Part shown: positions 14,630-28,083 of the stretch, in pieces
How positions within the stretch are numbered: position 1 is the first letter of the stretch
Layout: every line of letters begins with the position of its first letter
The notes under the pieces: model-generated
Seen by the model: only the letters and a program-made list of their open reading frames with translations
Databases searched by the model: none
Told to the model about the DNA's origin: nothing
Translations under genes and position numbers: made by a program
DNA from: Phoronis australis
Taxonomy: Eukaryota > Animalia > Phoronida
Direction: 5' to 3'
Assembly: GCA_002633005.1 (NCBI GenBank)
Contig: NMRA01000051.1
Location: forward strand, 809,273 to 873,272
DNA: 64,000 nt

Positions 14630-15042
14630 GTCTCGGAGTCTAATCTCTGAACTCAAAATGAAGCTCGAAAATAATTTTCACATTTTCTACTTTTGTGGGA
14701 GTTCAAGAGGAGAGTCTATTATTCAGTACTCGAGTGCAGGATGGTTTGCACACATAAGTGTCCAGCCTGAGTTCGCACTTGACTATCCCCACATTCGAGG
14801 AACAAGCCTATGTAAAAACTCGGTATTTGGGGTACAAACTCACGATTTGGAGTAAAAACGCGAACTTCGAATTCAAACACGAAGTCATGATAGCTTTAAT
14901 GTTCGGTTCATCAAGTATGAACGGGGATTACTGAGACAGTCACCTATGTAAACCATAATGTACACGAGCACAGAATAATAAATTCATACAAAAGCAGAAC
15001 GCGAAATGTTCAATTTTGAGTACAAAGATTAGAACTCAGGTC
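14630..15042. mobile_element. MITE family A, copy 2 (inverted relative to copy 1)
   Basis: Ends gtctcggagtctaatctctgaactcaaaat and attttgagtacaaagattagaactcaggtc. Internal sequence is reverse-complement similar to 461-826. Confidence 0.65.
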
Positions 15043-15113
15043 CACCTAGTTGAATATGACGTTGATGAAAATCACAAGTACTTACTTGAGGTTGATCATA
15101 GCGACATAGGCCT

Positions 15114-15183
15114 ATGTATATGTATATGTATGTGTGCGTGCGTGCGTGCGTGTGTGTGTGCGTGTGTTTGTGTGTGTGTGTGT
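15114..15183. repeat. (TG)n/(TGCG)n microsatellite
   Basis: Direct reading of the sequence. Confidence 0.9.
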
Positions 15184-15219
15184 AGAATTGGTTAAACACA
15201 CGATTGTTTTTGTCTTTTT

Positions 15220-16225
15220 ACAATTTCAAAGGGCAATCTCGGAAGCTCTCGGTATATATGTCGATCTTCAAAAGAGGAACAATAGAGCAAATCGCCAACA
15301 GTGTTGCAATTTCAGTAGGCACTTTCTGAAAATCACGGCATACCTGTGGACCCTCCAAAGAGTAACACTGAATGGAGCAGATCACCAACAATTTCAATAG
15401 ACATTCTTTAAAACCCACGATATATTTGTCGATCCTACAAAGAGCAACAATAAAGCAGATCACCAACGTAGCCAATACTCAGCTCTTAAGCAGAGGCGCA
15501 AGACCATAGAAGGGCTTTTCACCGATTGGTGAAATGGACATAAATCATAAAAATGGGAGGAAAATTCTTGTTTAGTGTGCCAGTACTAACCAAATCAAAT
15601 TCTCTTGACATGTTCATTAAATCGCAAACGGTCTTACCGGATACATTTCGCCTCTTTTTCCCTTCCTTCAGCAACAACGAATCAAATCGTCTGCCTTCTT
15701 CTAATCTTGTTTTGATCTAATGACGTCATGCAGTGACCCGGATGCCAGTCAGAGGGCCTAGAGAATACTTTAGTTTACGAGTTCACCGGAAGTTTAAAAT
15801 GCAAATGGCGGATTGACAAGAAAATTGTTTACAGTAAAGTAAAATCTTTGAGTGATTAAATTCTTTCGAAGGGTTTGATTTCCGTGCAGTTACATTCGTC
15901 GTATTATGTCAGCTGATAAATGTATTCCTGCGATCGCAAGTTCGGCGTGTACAGGTTAATGTTTGATGGGCAATTTGAGTGGGATTTGTATAACTTAATT
16001 CTTCACTTTCAATGTACGAACTTCCAACCCTGTTTAATGGTAGGTTTACTGATTCATCACCAACCGTATTGACTGCTTTCGATTTCTATAGACACTTTCT
16101 GAAACTCATGGTAAATCTCTCGATCCCCCAAAGAACAACAATAGAGCAATAACGGTGTTGATTGTTTACAGTTTCATAGACACTCTCAGAAACTCACGGA
16201 AAACCTGTCGATCCTCACAGAATCT
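15220..16225. repeat. Degenerate ~85-bp minisatellite (3 units at 15220-15470, 2 units at ~16075-16225) interrupted by an insertion
   Basis: Recurring unit caatttc...tagacactttctgaaactcacgg...tgtcgatcct...aaaga.caacaatagagca. Confidence 0.65.
15476..15892 (+). mobile_element. Interspersed ~415-bp repeat family B, copy 1
   Basis: Collinear reverse-complement match to 28815-29226 with the same end points (tactc.gctcttaa.cagag ... gggtttgatttccgtgcagtta). Confidence 0.8.
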
Positions 16226-19200
16226 ACTATACTGGTTTCCTCGCAATTCTAGGCCCGGATCCACAAAAGTTATACGCTGGATAGCAACAATGACCTGATA
16301 TTTAATTGTATTGACTGAGAAGACGTAAAGCCTCCGACGGACAATCGCTTTTTGTTGTCCTGATTAAATTTTTCGAGGTAAAAGCACGATATCTTCTCCA
16401 GTTGGTTTGCATAGATCAAAATCAACTGCAATTTTGCAAATACAGGAAATTTAGCTAATTTTGTTGACTTTTGTAGCCGAGTCAGTGATCACCAAATTTG
16501 CTCAAGATTCATTTGGGAAATTCATCAATCACGTCGCGTGAAATTCGAAAATTTACTAAAGCATGACACGCGATTGGACATGTTTGAAGTCAAGTATCGA
16601 GTAAAACACTTTGGATGTTACGGGCTCTGATGCATCCAGACGTGTATAGGTGTATTGGCCGCCGTATTCGACGACGTTTAACTGACTTAACGAATATGAT
16701 AACATATTCAACCGCCCTGATTTTTGTAGCCAGGGTTCACTTACAAGTATCTGATGTCGTTTATAACGATCACGAAATTGGATTCCAATAAGCCTTCTCA
16801 TCTGAAGTACTAGTAAATTACCGTAGAAGAATAATCCTATGATGAGTTAACCGCGCGCGTAACGTATGGTCTGCTGTACGTGTCCATTTTGTGGGTCCAG
16901 ATACGCCACCATTCGGCAGATTTGAGAGGACAGGGACCCGCAATGCTCCCATCTTCCTCCGGACACGACCACAACACACCGCCGACGTGCGTTTTTCAGA
17001 GTATACTCGTTTATTTTTCCTTCGAAAATTGTAGTGCCCCCCGCCCACCAGCCCTTGCGCCATCATCCGAGACCAACCGGTGAAATTTTGATCAGAACTG
17101 TTAATCTGTCGTAAGGAACGGAGTATTACATATGCTACGTGCTTCGAAATCAACAGAAGGCGTGCCTGATACGACATACAAGTAAATGCCTGTACAGCTA
17201 CGCTGTAAGTGTACACTGTTTATTCGGTGTCAATCAGAATTAGGTTTCCTTATATCCAAGTGGAGTGATAACTGGTGTTTGATCGACAGAATTCTCCGTG
17301 AACTCTTGACACTTTATAGCCAAATAATTATGAAGTAGAAATGAACGGATTAAAATATTACGAGAAGTACCTCGGTGGTCCACAGACGGCAAGCAGTTTG
17401 TGGCATTTACTGTTGTTTTTTTGTTATTTCCCATTTATGTGTAAGCTTACAGAAACATGGTGTTTCTTTCCGACCCATTTCCAATGACTGTAATGGTTAT
17501 AAATTATACAACTGAACTACAGTGATTAGTATTTCAGGTCCCTGGAGCTAAGTTGTCATGCATTGGTTGTCCATGAAATAAAACGGACATCAACTTTGCA
17601 TCATTACTGTCAGCGATCTTTCGTAAAACTCACTCTACACGATGCAAATTATGTAATTACATAGTATACAGTAATGAAGCATGTTATTTGAAGAAATGCG
17701 CATGTCATTGGCATTTTAAGGATCAGAAAAGCACGCTGTTGATGACGTTTTCAACATGTAACTCGACTAAGTAGTATTTGTTTGTGACAAACTGAACGTA
17801 TTCCTCCCCCAATCTATCTTGTTAAGACGATGTAATTGTGCACTCTTGACTTCAGACGTCAACAGACTATTAATACGCTGAATTACGTTAGATCACTCGT
17901 TGTTTAAATTGAATATGCGTACATATTAATTTGTAGAACAACACTCGTTCGAAGGTACTAAGCCTGCGGATTAAGTTAATTGCATTTACAGATGTTTGTT
18001 AATATCGTCAATGTACGAGTGTGATTTACGGAGAATACGCGTTTTATTACCATTAGCAAGACGGCATCTAGTACAAAAGTGAGTGGCTTGCGAAACTGTG
18101 ACCGATTTTTTCATGGCCCGTGACGATCTCTCACTACGTTAATTGCTTCTTTCCTTATTTGGTTTTGCCTGTGCGATTTGGTTTTGATAAAGCCAACTAA
18201 TCTAGCACATGCAGTGTCCAACTCAAAGAGCTATGGAAGGGGAACCCACTGAAGTGAGTGACCTGCATATGCAAAACCTTTTACATTGAAAAAGGAGTTG
18301 TCTTGTTTCCAAATTTGCATAATACATACATTGTTTTGCTGATATAGTGATTTATGGAAAACCGTCAGCAAATTTGTGGCTTCTGTCATTAGGGCCGTCC
18401 CGGATTTCACAGCCCACTCTAATCCCGCTGTACATTTGCTGCCTCGTTTCCGGAGGCACAGAACAGTTCTCACTGGGTTTTGCCTAGCAAAACACACATC
18501 ACTTGATTTGTAACCTTTTCTTCACTCTGTCAAAAACAGGATGCAAAGAATGGCATGTTTTCAATTATTTCACATAAAAAGCCCAGCAGATGAGCACAGA
18601 AACTTTATTCTTTCTTGTATTTTTGACCATTTCATTCCCACTGACAACCAAGCTAGACTAAGAAAAATAAGGGCAAAAAAATGCAAAATCGGCACTTTTC
18701 ACCCGAAAAACACCACTTCCCTGCCGATGCACGACTAAAACCAAACTTAGAGACTGAAAGCAAATTTCCTACCGATTCAGAAAATGTGGTCCAAAAGTAC
18801 TGTCAACCAACTAGTTTTTTTGCAATTCTTGCTTGTTTGAGGGCTACCTAAAATCACAGCCAATTTCTCGGTCGCTACCCAACAATGCACAATTGCAGCC
18901 GGGGGCCGCCATCTTGAAGAAGAGTGCAGCTACAGCCAAGAAAGTGGCCTTTTTTTATTCACAGCATGTTCACAAATACAAAAAAAACCAAATTCACTGA
19001 GCCTACGTGCAATGCCCACCTACAAAATGCCCCCAAACTTGGCCTACCCCAAAATTTCTATATTTTGGGAGTGCAAATTGGCCGCGGCCGCAGCCTAACT
19101 ATTCAGTGCCACCTCCGTGCCACTAGAGTTTCACATGTCATTGCTGTTGTCTGATTCTTCACTAGTTTACTCGGTTGCATTACTCTATTCGTCCTTCCAA

Positions 19201-20352
19201 TATCAACGAAGTCGAACATTAGATATGTTGATATGAATTCAGTCCATCGAATTCTAGATACAATCTGTCCTATTGAAATTCAGTCCATCGAATTTCTGTT
19301 ATTTGTGATATTTCTGTAGCAAGGCAGTAGTATCTCTTCAAGAAATGTCTGCGACATCTCTTTAGCAAGCCGGTTACCTTTCTTCAAGAAATAGGCCTTC
19401 TTGAGTAGCTAACAGAATAAAAGTGGTAGAGTTAGTTCAAAACATAAAACCCACAAACGTCCTTCAAATGCTACTCATAGTTCCAAAACAATTCTCGGAA
19501 CAAAATCGCAGGATTCCGATAATGAACTCAAGACTTCGTCAAATACGGTGACGGACAGTCAAAATTAAAGTAATTTCTGATGAATAATAACAAGATTATT
19601 GTTGTTGTCTGAAAAGGCTCGTCCCAAAGTTGATCAGTTTCGAAGAATTTAAAGTTACGCAACTCTGCTAGCCTAACGTAAACATCTATCGAGTGATCGA
19701 ACACAAAATAATATGCTGATTCATTTCCTATGCACTGATAGGAGGCAATAAATTTCAGTTAACAGCCAATACATTTAATTAATTACACAACAACCACTAT
19801 AGAATTAAATATTATACTTCTCAAGTAGTACCCGAGTTGTAATGTATCTGTATCATAATCTGAATGATAAAAGTTAAATAAATAATATGTCCATCATACA
19901 TAATATCTCCCTGTAACAATGTGTTGGATGTCATCGGTGGCGACCTGGGACGCGTTCCGTTAAAGCAAGGAACTCTTGAGCTATTGTGTCGAGAAATGTT
20001 CGTATGCTCTGAAAATGGTGGCACTTCCGTATCCGGGTAGACAAAAGCAGAAGCCAAATTTATGAAATCCATTTACTCAAAACAACTTCAAGGAACAACT
20101 GAAAACCATTCGTGACAATCACTTCCCGGCTATTTGCTCCACAAAATTGCCATCAAACCTGACCTACTTTATTTTCTTCATTTTTGGGGAGCTACAAAGG
20201 CCTAAACCGTGGCCTTGCACCGTATGTAACGAGGTTCCCATGGAAATAAGGCTAGCACAAGTGTGTGATTAAAAACTGCTGATTTCTGTTCGCGTACAAA
20301 AAATTACACAGGAGTGAAATCAAACTGGACAATTTCACGCGAGTCAGCATAG

Positions 20353-20481
20353 CCTTGTGAAGGGAAGTCACTTTACTGCAGAATCGGCCAGCGCACAGCC
20401 TAATGAAGGGAGGTCACTTCACTGCAGAATCGGCCAGAACAACTTGTGAAAGGAGGTCACTTGACTGCAGAATCGGCCAGC
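20353..20481. repeat. Three tandem ~43-bp units
   Basis: tgaagggaggtcactt.actgcagaatcggccag occurs three times. Confidence 0.9.
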
Positions 20482-23400
20482 TGAAAGCTAAGGCATGCGA
20501 TCGCTCCACAAATTTAACTGTATAATGACGGGAAGTAGGCCATTGTTTTCCCACCAGTCACGTTTTTTTAATGAGACATTCATTATTGATTAAATATCGG
20601 TTGCTAATGTGAATGCAAAGGTTGTAGTGATTTCTGGAGGCGAGTTCTAGTTCAACGCCACACACCGCGGCGACTCAGTGATCTCGGGGACGGTCTCTCG
20701 CACTCGTCACTACATTTCAATAACTGGTTACTGACATGAATTGATTGGAGTCTAATAGCGTCTTTTGGAAAATAGGTACATGTACATAAACGAAATAAAA
20801 ATTCTTTGACCCGTTACCAGTTAGGTACACGAATTCAACTCGAGCGGCTGGGCTATCCATATGAGATCCATGTTACGCCATTGAAAACTCGTTTCGACAT
20901 TGGAATGTCAACCATGTATACATTTTAAGAATTATCTACAAGTCTCTGTTTTCAAAATGAACACAAAATTAAGTGAGCTATTGAACATGAAGGTTGCTGA
21001 GACTAACCCAGTTAACATGCTGGTGTGGTTTGGTATCGCTTAATTGTACCTCTTGCATGATAGTTTGGTAGGTCATCAACTGAACGCAAGTCAAGTTTCC
21101 CGTGTAAAAATTTTCCGTCAGAATTACGCCGGCCGCCGGTAAGAAGTGACCAATGACTTAACACATTAGTTTCCATTGTTCTAAGCAAATATTTTCACAC
21201 CCGATTGTTTAATAAATGTACTACGGTTATATTAGTGAGATGTGTATTCCTGAGCTTTGGTTCATGAAGTGTAAGACAGCGTCTGCAAGCATGACTGATC
21301 TTCACGGATAAGCGGCTTACAGGCGTTGAAGGCGAAAAGTGCCAATAGGAGGGTCTGTATAGCGTCTTGACAGTAGAAACGTAATTGCCTGAAAAAAACG
21401 TGTATAAAATATCAATAGATGTAGCTTTTTTTCTAAACAAACAGTTATTTTTGCAGCACTCTGAGCTCGATAGTATTGCATGACGTCACAACAGACCGCA
21501 AACTGCGACATTGTGTTTCACTTCACGAACTGTAATTAACCATAGCTAGTTGGAATAAAACAGGACATGCGTACTGAAGCAAGCATGAGACCTCCGTCTG
21601 CTCCATCTGACCATATAGAGCAAAAATAAAGTATTAGTGCTTATAAATCAAAGCTGTATTTCGCCCTGCTGAAGTGGCTAGAAACGAAAATGAGTTAAAG
21701 TTTTTACTCTGTCTGTCTCGTGATATTTCTTACGGTGATAGGATTCTATTTCCGTTACCAAATCGAGCCACTGGCAATGCATACATGCTCCATTTTTGAA
21801 GTAGAATTTCGATGTTCTTGGCCAACCACAGTAAAGTCTGAAGTGTTTTGCTGAGTCATTGATGGTTTTAATGTTTTTGTTGGTAAAGGAAATAGGACCA
21901 TATCACAGTAAAGAATATTGTAAGACCGTGTTTAAGAGAGTAAAGTGCCTTATTCGATTATCGTTCATGCGCGCACCAAGAGAGGGGGGCTCATTCAAAT
22001 GAGCCCCCCCACCCCAGCTCCGTATGGCGAAGTGGGCAGAAAGGTCCGCCTCAGAGAAACAAAAACTCCGAAAAAGTAGGAAACGAGAGAAAAGTTTACT
22101 AAAAAGGCAGGAATTACCAAAACTCGGCGAATGCACAATTCATGCATGTAGCTCAGAACGTACAACGTGAATCTTAGTGAAAGGACCGCTTTCTCGGAAA
22201 TTCGAGCTCCCCATTTTTAGACTGGGTACGCGAATGATGTTTTTATTCAGCTAAAGAGGGTGAAACGCAGCTTTAAGAATCAAATAAGGCATCTGAATAC
22301 CGTGACTACAGCAACTTGCATTCTTTAATTAGCAACTTTGCATGTTTAGCCACTATTTATCGTTCACATTATTTCCAACTACCCGGAGGTCACCGTCCTG
22401 TGACTCGGCTAATCCAAGTACCAGCAGGTTTGTTTGAACCATCGTTAGGTTCAATGACTCTACTTTTTACTACTGACTACGGGCTTTCTCTTCCATTTGC
22501 AGTGACTATAGTCCCAGCTGAAAATGGCTTATGGCGATCAAACTGCGTGTGATGCCACTTTTGCACATGCGCGCGATGTCTGCATTAATAACTCGTACTT
22601 TCTTGAAAACTAGACATACAGTGACTGAATCAAGTTTAAAATTCATCAAATTACCTAAGTTCCACTGTCGTGCATCAATCTCTGGAAAAGCGTGCAGCAT
22701 GCTTTCGAACGCTTTCTAAAACCACCTTTCCAGTACCAAAATATATTTTAATTCAAACCTTTTACCGTTATGAAAATGACCTCAATTTGCTCTTTAGTTA
22801 AATTGGAGGTGATCTTGGGACTTCGGAACAACTGACAGTTCGTTAGTGCCATGCTCTGCTCCGGGCATGGTATAAGTTCTTTGCACACTCAGAAGTCACT
22901 TCTCATGTGAGTAATAAACAAGTTGAGGCGAATTTTATAATAGTGAGTCCCCACGGAAAACTAGGTCGCAAGCAGGTCGCAAAGACATCGGTTGATTGGC
23001 GTGTCCATTGGTCACTTAGCAAGCATTTATTGGTAACCGTCTGATGTTAATGTGCGCATAAGGTACGCTATCCATCCAACAAAGACGCAACAAAGGAAAA
23101 CAATGGTAGTGTCCCATAGGTGATAACTATGCGACGCGCTTACGCGCATGGATGTCGCTAGTTAAACAATACCTCGCGAGCTCCATAAAGATTCGCATGC
23201 TGAAAAGAATGGAATTTGTAGTCATTTTAAATTAATGAGCCAATCTACCAGTGCTTGTTTGTGTTCGATCTTTCGAAACTGGTGGCTATTCGCATGCCAT
23301 AGCCTTTTGCTTCATTCATGGACCTTCGTCAAACAAAACGCGCACTTTTACAAAACCCACCGGATGTATATTACTGAGCACTTATGCACGAATTTTGACA

Positions 23401-26400
23401 CTGGCACGATGAATAATTCAGTTAAACGTACGGTGACACAATAAACGTAACGTAGGCGTTTAATGTTTCCTAATAATGCCTTTAGTGCGAAATGTTGCGA
23501 TGATGTGCAAACAAAAATTGACCTCAGAGAATGCACTTTTAAAGGTAAATAATGCACTTACAATCAAAAACATTTACTATTTAAGCCTAATAATAAAATT
23601 TTTTTATTTCACAATTCGCTATACAAATCCAATTATATCGCAAGTTCAATTTTTACGATACGTTGTAGTAGTAAGATATATTTATTCAGGATGAAAATGT
23701 ATTCAGTATAAGAATACTGTTCTCCCATAGGGTCCTGGTCAGGAAAAAATATTCGAATCCTGGCTAAAGAAATGGCGTTATAAATGCTTAAAACCAAAAT
23801 ACGTCATAAAAATCTTAAGAACGAAAGCGGAAAAAAAGAGTGAGAGTCTGTATAATTAAACTTTACACAGATACTTGGATTCAAAGAATTACTAATTCGT
23901 AACATGACACCAGCGTCAAGAGAAAACGAATGTTTGCCAAAATTGGCCATGGTTTTATATAGGTAGAGGTTGCCATTACGCCGGCAATAGCCCGGTCACC
24001 TGCCGTAGCCGGCCGACTTCAATTCGAATGATTTCGCTTAAGGCACAGATGTTAGTCTTCGGATGCGTTGTAGAGTGGTTGTCGGCTCGTAAATATTCGG
24101 TGACACCGCAGATAATTTAACTTTTGGCGTGTTTACTGATTTATGATTTTTATTTTGGCGGCGACATTTAACTTCACCGACACGGAAAAGGTATGCTGAT
24201 CTAATTTGATATAGTTTGATTGCCGTGCAGTTTCAGTCTTTTACTTTTGTTTAATGATAGTTAATTGCTTAGTCGAACGCACACCAAAACATCATGTCTT
24301 GGCTGACCAGTTGTTTTAGTTTTCTTGCACTCAAAATATAACTGACGATTTTCATCATTTTGTTTACACGTCACCAAGTTATCTGTGGCGTCACCGGCTG
24401 TTTACAAGCTGACAACACTCGCAATGCATTTGAAAACGACAGCAGCGCTGTTGATGAAATCCCACGAATTTGTGGGTCGACGCCATCGGTCATCGCTCGG
24501 CAGGTGACCGGCAGTCGCATCGATGTCGGAGAAGCGTCGCTTTTACATCTATTAATGCATGGGGTCGCTACTCACATCCGCCAATAATTGCTCCAATTGG
24601 TTGAGCATCGCCTGGTATGCAACTAAGAAATAATGAGAAATCGATGCTAGTCCAACGTACCAGTAGTCCGGAAATCGTGATCCCGTCGGCAGAGGGCATC
24701 GACCCATCGTCAGATGGTGACTGACCAAAGACATCTCCTTGCAATCCGGCAACGTAAGCTCGGACACGTGAGAAAATCGGCTGGGTGATGTGCTGCAAAC
24801 AATTTTTGCCCCAAAAGCACTGAGGCAATTGGTGTACTATAGTGACGCCGACGCCCGGTCGACAGTCCCTATAATTTTAGATAGTCGTTTGGTCCAAATG
24901 ACCATTCCCGCCGGAAACTTGCCAGATCGTCGTCAGAATTAAGCTTTATGTGGCCACGGCATAATAAAGGACACGTTTTAAGCACGTAAAGATAGTGAAG
25001 TGACGTAGTCGGCCCAAAGTGAGCTCCCTGTATATTGTTCTGTATTCACTTTCGTTGAGCAAACACGTGGCCAATTAACCATTGAACTCGATTGTTGCGT
25101 ATGTTCATTGAAAGCGAATGTACCCGGGAAAGAAAGTAGGAGCAACTCTTACTAGCCAACTACACGACTTTGCCATTGTTGAATGGGTAGATGAAGATAT
25201 GTAGAGGGCAAAATGCCTAACTTTAAAAATAATGTGGTTTAGGGTACTCCTTAGAGTTGTTCGGAGGAAAGTGGCTCTTGCAGTTAGAACACATATAAAA
25301 CTTGTGCGTCAGCGACATTGCTTGAAATGGTATTCCCTGCCTTCCATTAAGATCATGCTTCACTTAATTTAAATCATCCCATTAGCAAACCTTAATTTTG
25401 CACTTACTCAAAAATTAGCGTCGAATGTGCACACACGACAAGCCAACTTTGGATGGATGACCCGGCCCAAGAAAACGGAATCAATTAGAGATCCTGCAAG
25501 AACATGTGGAGGCTAAAACGAGGTTTGTGTGAGATGTTACGACTTCGTGACTGTGTTGACTCTTGCCCAGGTGAGTCAGTGCTTGGATCCTCATTGCTTT
25601 AGTTGAGATCACTCGGAATAACCGTAGTGTGCAAACCGGTACGCCCGAACTTTATGAATGAAGTTAAAACTTTATTTATATTTATTTTACGACTCGTTTA
25701 TATGACCGCCGCAAGACTAATTCATTTGTTATTGAATAGTAACCGCGATGCGATATGACGCCGGTTCATTTAGCGTAAATAACTAACTATACATACCTCC
25801 AGCTGTGATTTGGCTTAAATGATTGTGATTTGGTGTGAATTAGTCAGCATCAAGGCAGTTTGCGACTTAAATTATTGCGAAGATAAAAAATGCTCATTTC
25901 ATCTTATCGAATCTTCCTAAATTACTGTTGTTTCATGACTCCTTTACAAGGTGCTTGGACCCGTCACGAAAGCCAAATTTTATTTATGTATTCTGCAATT
26001 AAAAAGTCGTGTAGTTACTACGGGTAAGAATTCTAATCCGGACCTGATGTTTGGTCACGCTACAGGACCCGATAGCCTCTGCTCGTGTCCGTACTTTCTT
26101 GTATGAACTTCAATTTGAAATATTGCTTGGTTCCATTGGCTAGAGAATTGAAATTGCCTGATTCTGGCAGGTGCGCTGAAATTTACCTCACCTTTGACGT
26201 ATCGTGGGCGCATAAGTTACCAGACTGTGTTTCATAGCGAAGCCGTGTTTTCAGAAATGTGGCTTTCTAGACACGCAGGTTATGTTTGCGTAGTCGTAAT
26301 TTTACATCATAACAGATTTTGTAGGGTTTTGATTTAAGCCGTAGAAAACTGTGTTCCGTGGGATGTACGCCGTTTTATAGTGTTTTAAACTTCAAATTAT

Positions 26401-26881
26401 CGACTGAAACTGATTGGAAACAAAGTGATTGACATTGGATTACGCCGCGTTCCATTCTTCAGATCCGTTTTTTTTTTTTGATCCGCAAATAACGAATGGC
26501 ACAGATTCTACCAAACCACTTCTTAAAGGAGAAGACAACCTTTTTCATGTCAGTTTCTGTAAAATACGGTTCGTTGATTATCCCAGACACATGCTTCAGT
26601 TAATTATGACTTCCCGTAATTTTATTACTTAGTCATGTTCTACTCCGGAAGTGACGTTTAAGGGGTCAAGAAATTCCCGCCATTTTGTTTCTGCATGTGA
26701 GTTTACTGTGAGGATCTGATCCACTCTTGCTGTCATGGTGGTTTACTAAAATTGTCGTCACCACTTCCCGGAAAATGGTTGGAGTTGGCGACCCATTTCA
26801 CAGACACAGTGACGTGAGTGACGGAGACATTGTTCATAGCAGTGACGAGGATTTTTTTCACAAACAGTCAATGGGCAGGTA

Positions 26882-27034
26882 ATGTTTGAGCCCGAGTATA
26901 GTGAGACAGAAAACGCACAGACAACTGTAGAGAGGAAGGAGGCAGAGACTGAGGATAGACGTGGTGGGACGTAGTGGTGCAAATGCACGGAGTGCACTGT
27001 TATGCCGACCTCAGTGGAGTGCCTATGCTGTTCC
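26882..27034 (+). pseudogene. KolX (P2X7 ballast/nanor-like Cys-rich) N-terminal remnant of Kolobok
   Basis: Translates MFEPEYSETENAQTTVERKEAETEDRRGGT*WCKCTECTVMPTSVECLCCS. The FEP and WCxCxxCxxMPTxxECxCC motifs are typical of this family. It has one in-frame stop and is truncated at the deletion junction. Confidence 0.78.
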
Positions 27035-27691
27035 CACTGGATGGTGACCTGAGCACCCAAACCGATTACATCCCGCCCTGTGTCTCCCTCGCCACACACC
27101 TACCACTTTCTAAATAGCTCCAATACTGTCGTCAAGTCCACAATAAACTTATCAAAGTTTGGCTCACAGGCCTGTTAACTGCTCACTGGGTGTCGAATTG
27201 TATTCACTCCCACTACTCAACATCGCCGCAGGGTTGCTTACACGCTCTGGGCTAGAGATAATACCAGCACAGGGCAAATCACTGCTAGATCCCGGAATTG
27301 CACGCTCTGGGGTACGTTCGGGGGCCTGGTGACAGTAGATGAAGGGCTTCCAGTCACTGTAGAGTCTACAGCTCGCTAGGCTTCTCGCATTAAAAATGCA
27401 CTTCCGGGAATCAACAGTGACAGTATGGCATCCTTCTTCAGGCCTTGTGTTGCAGGAACCTTCATCAATTCCGCGTGCATATCTCTTTCGTAATCAGATG
27501 GCAGAAAATGTTTGCCACTCAATCCGTAATTCTCCACTGCTTTGTACTTTGCGCGGACGGGTAACGCTGCGTTCTTCACGCGAGCCAAGTACGGCGGACT
27601 GTGTCATCTTTCGGAAACAACATAATGGCATATCCAAAGTACGCGTGAGACGATAATGAGTACACCTTGAGGCACAAAAGCCTTGCGGCAT
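27035..27691 (-). pseudogene. THAP-domain Kolobok transposase N-terminal remnant (frameshifted)
   Basis: Successive frames give MPQGFCASRC / MLFPKDDTVRRTWLA / NYGLSGKHFLPSDYERD...LKKDAILSL (THAP C-x-C, FP, W, HF and AVP-like motifs). Further on come KFIVDLTTVLELFRK and CG...GAQVTIQWE, resembling the Cys region that precedes the Kolobok DDE core. Confidence 0.78.
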
Positions 27692-28083
27692 GTTGACTGA
27701 CTCTTAAACAAATGCAAAGAACGACCGAACTTATAACAACCGAGGTATAATAATGATTGACTTGACAGCTCACACAGTCAGGCTACATGAAAACAAAATG
27801 GTGTGAAATTCTTAACTCCCCCCCCCCAATTGTCACTTCCGGAGTAAGGCACGACTAATTAATAAAACTACGGGAAGCCGTTATTAACTGAACAGTATTT
27901 TTACTAAAAATGACATGAAAAAATGTTGCTTTCTCCTTTAAACAGGGTCGGAAGTCCGCGCAGTGAAAGTGTAGAATCAAGTACCAAACGCATCACACTC
28001 GAATTGCGCGTCAAACATTAATCCGCACGCGTTGAATTTGGGATCGCGTGAACACATTTGTCTGCAGGAATAATACGGCGAAT

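Larger units (their letters stand above)
26527..27937. mobile_element. Kolobok DNA transposon, internal-deletion derivative (~1.4 kb)
   Basis: TTAA on both sides (26523-26526 and 27938-27941), AGG...CCT termini and ~170-bp imperfect TIRs (aggaga..caac.tttttcatgtca...ttcccgta.ttttatta.ttagtc.tg...tactccggaagtgac...ccattttgttt). It contains convergent THAP-transposase and KolX-like remnants. Confidence 0.88.

Noticed and set aside
16252-16903. Possible Harbinger MITE (ggcccggatccacaaaa ... ttttgtgggtccaga)
   Set aside because: The TIR match is short and imperfect, with no TSD or second copy.
20353-20481. Three repeats that superficially resemble a mini CRISPR array
   Set aside because: Spacers are only a few bases, the context is eukaryotic and there are no cas genes. 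It is an ordinary tandem repeat.
23978-24964. GC-richer, CGA-rich segment with overlapping short ORFs
   Set aside because: No protein motif. Probably a decayed non-autonomous DNA element, but only one plausible terminus could be found.
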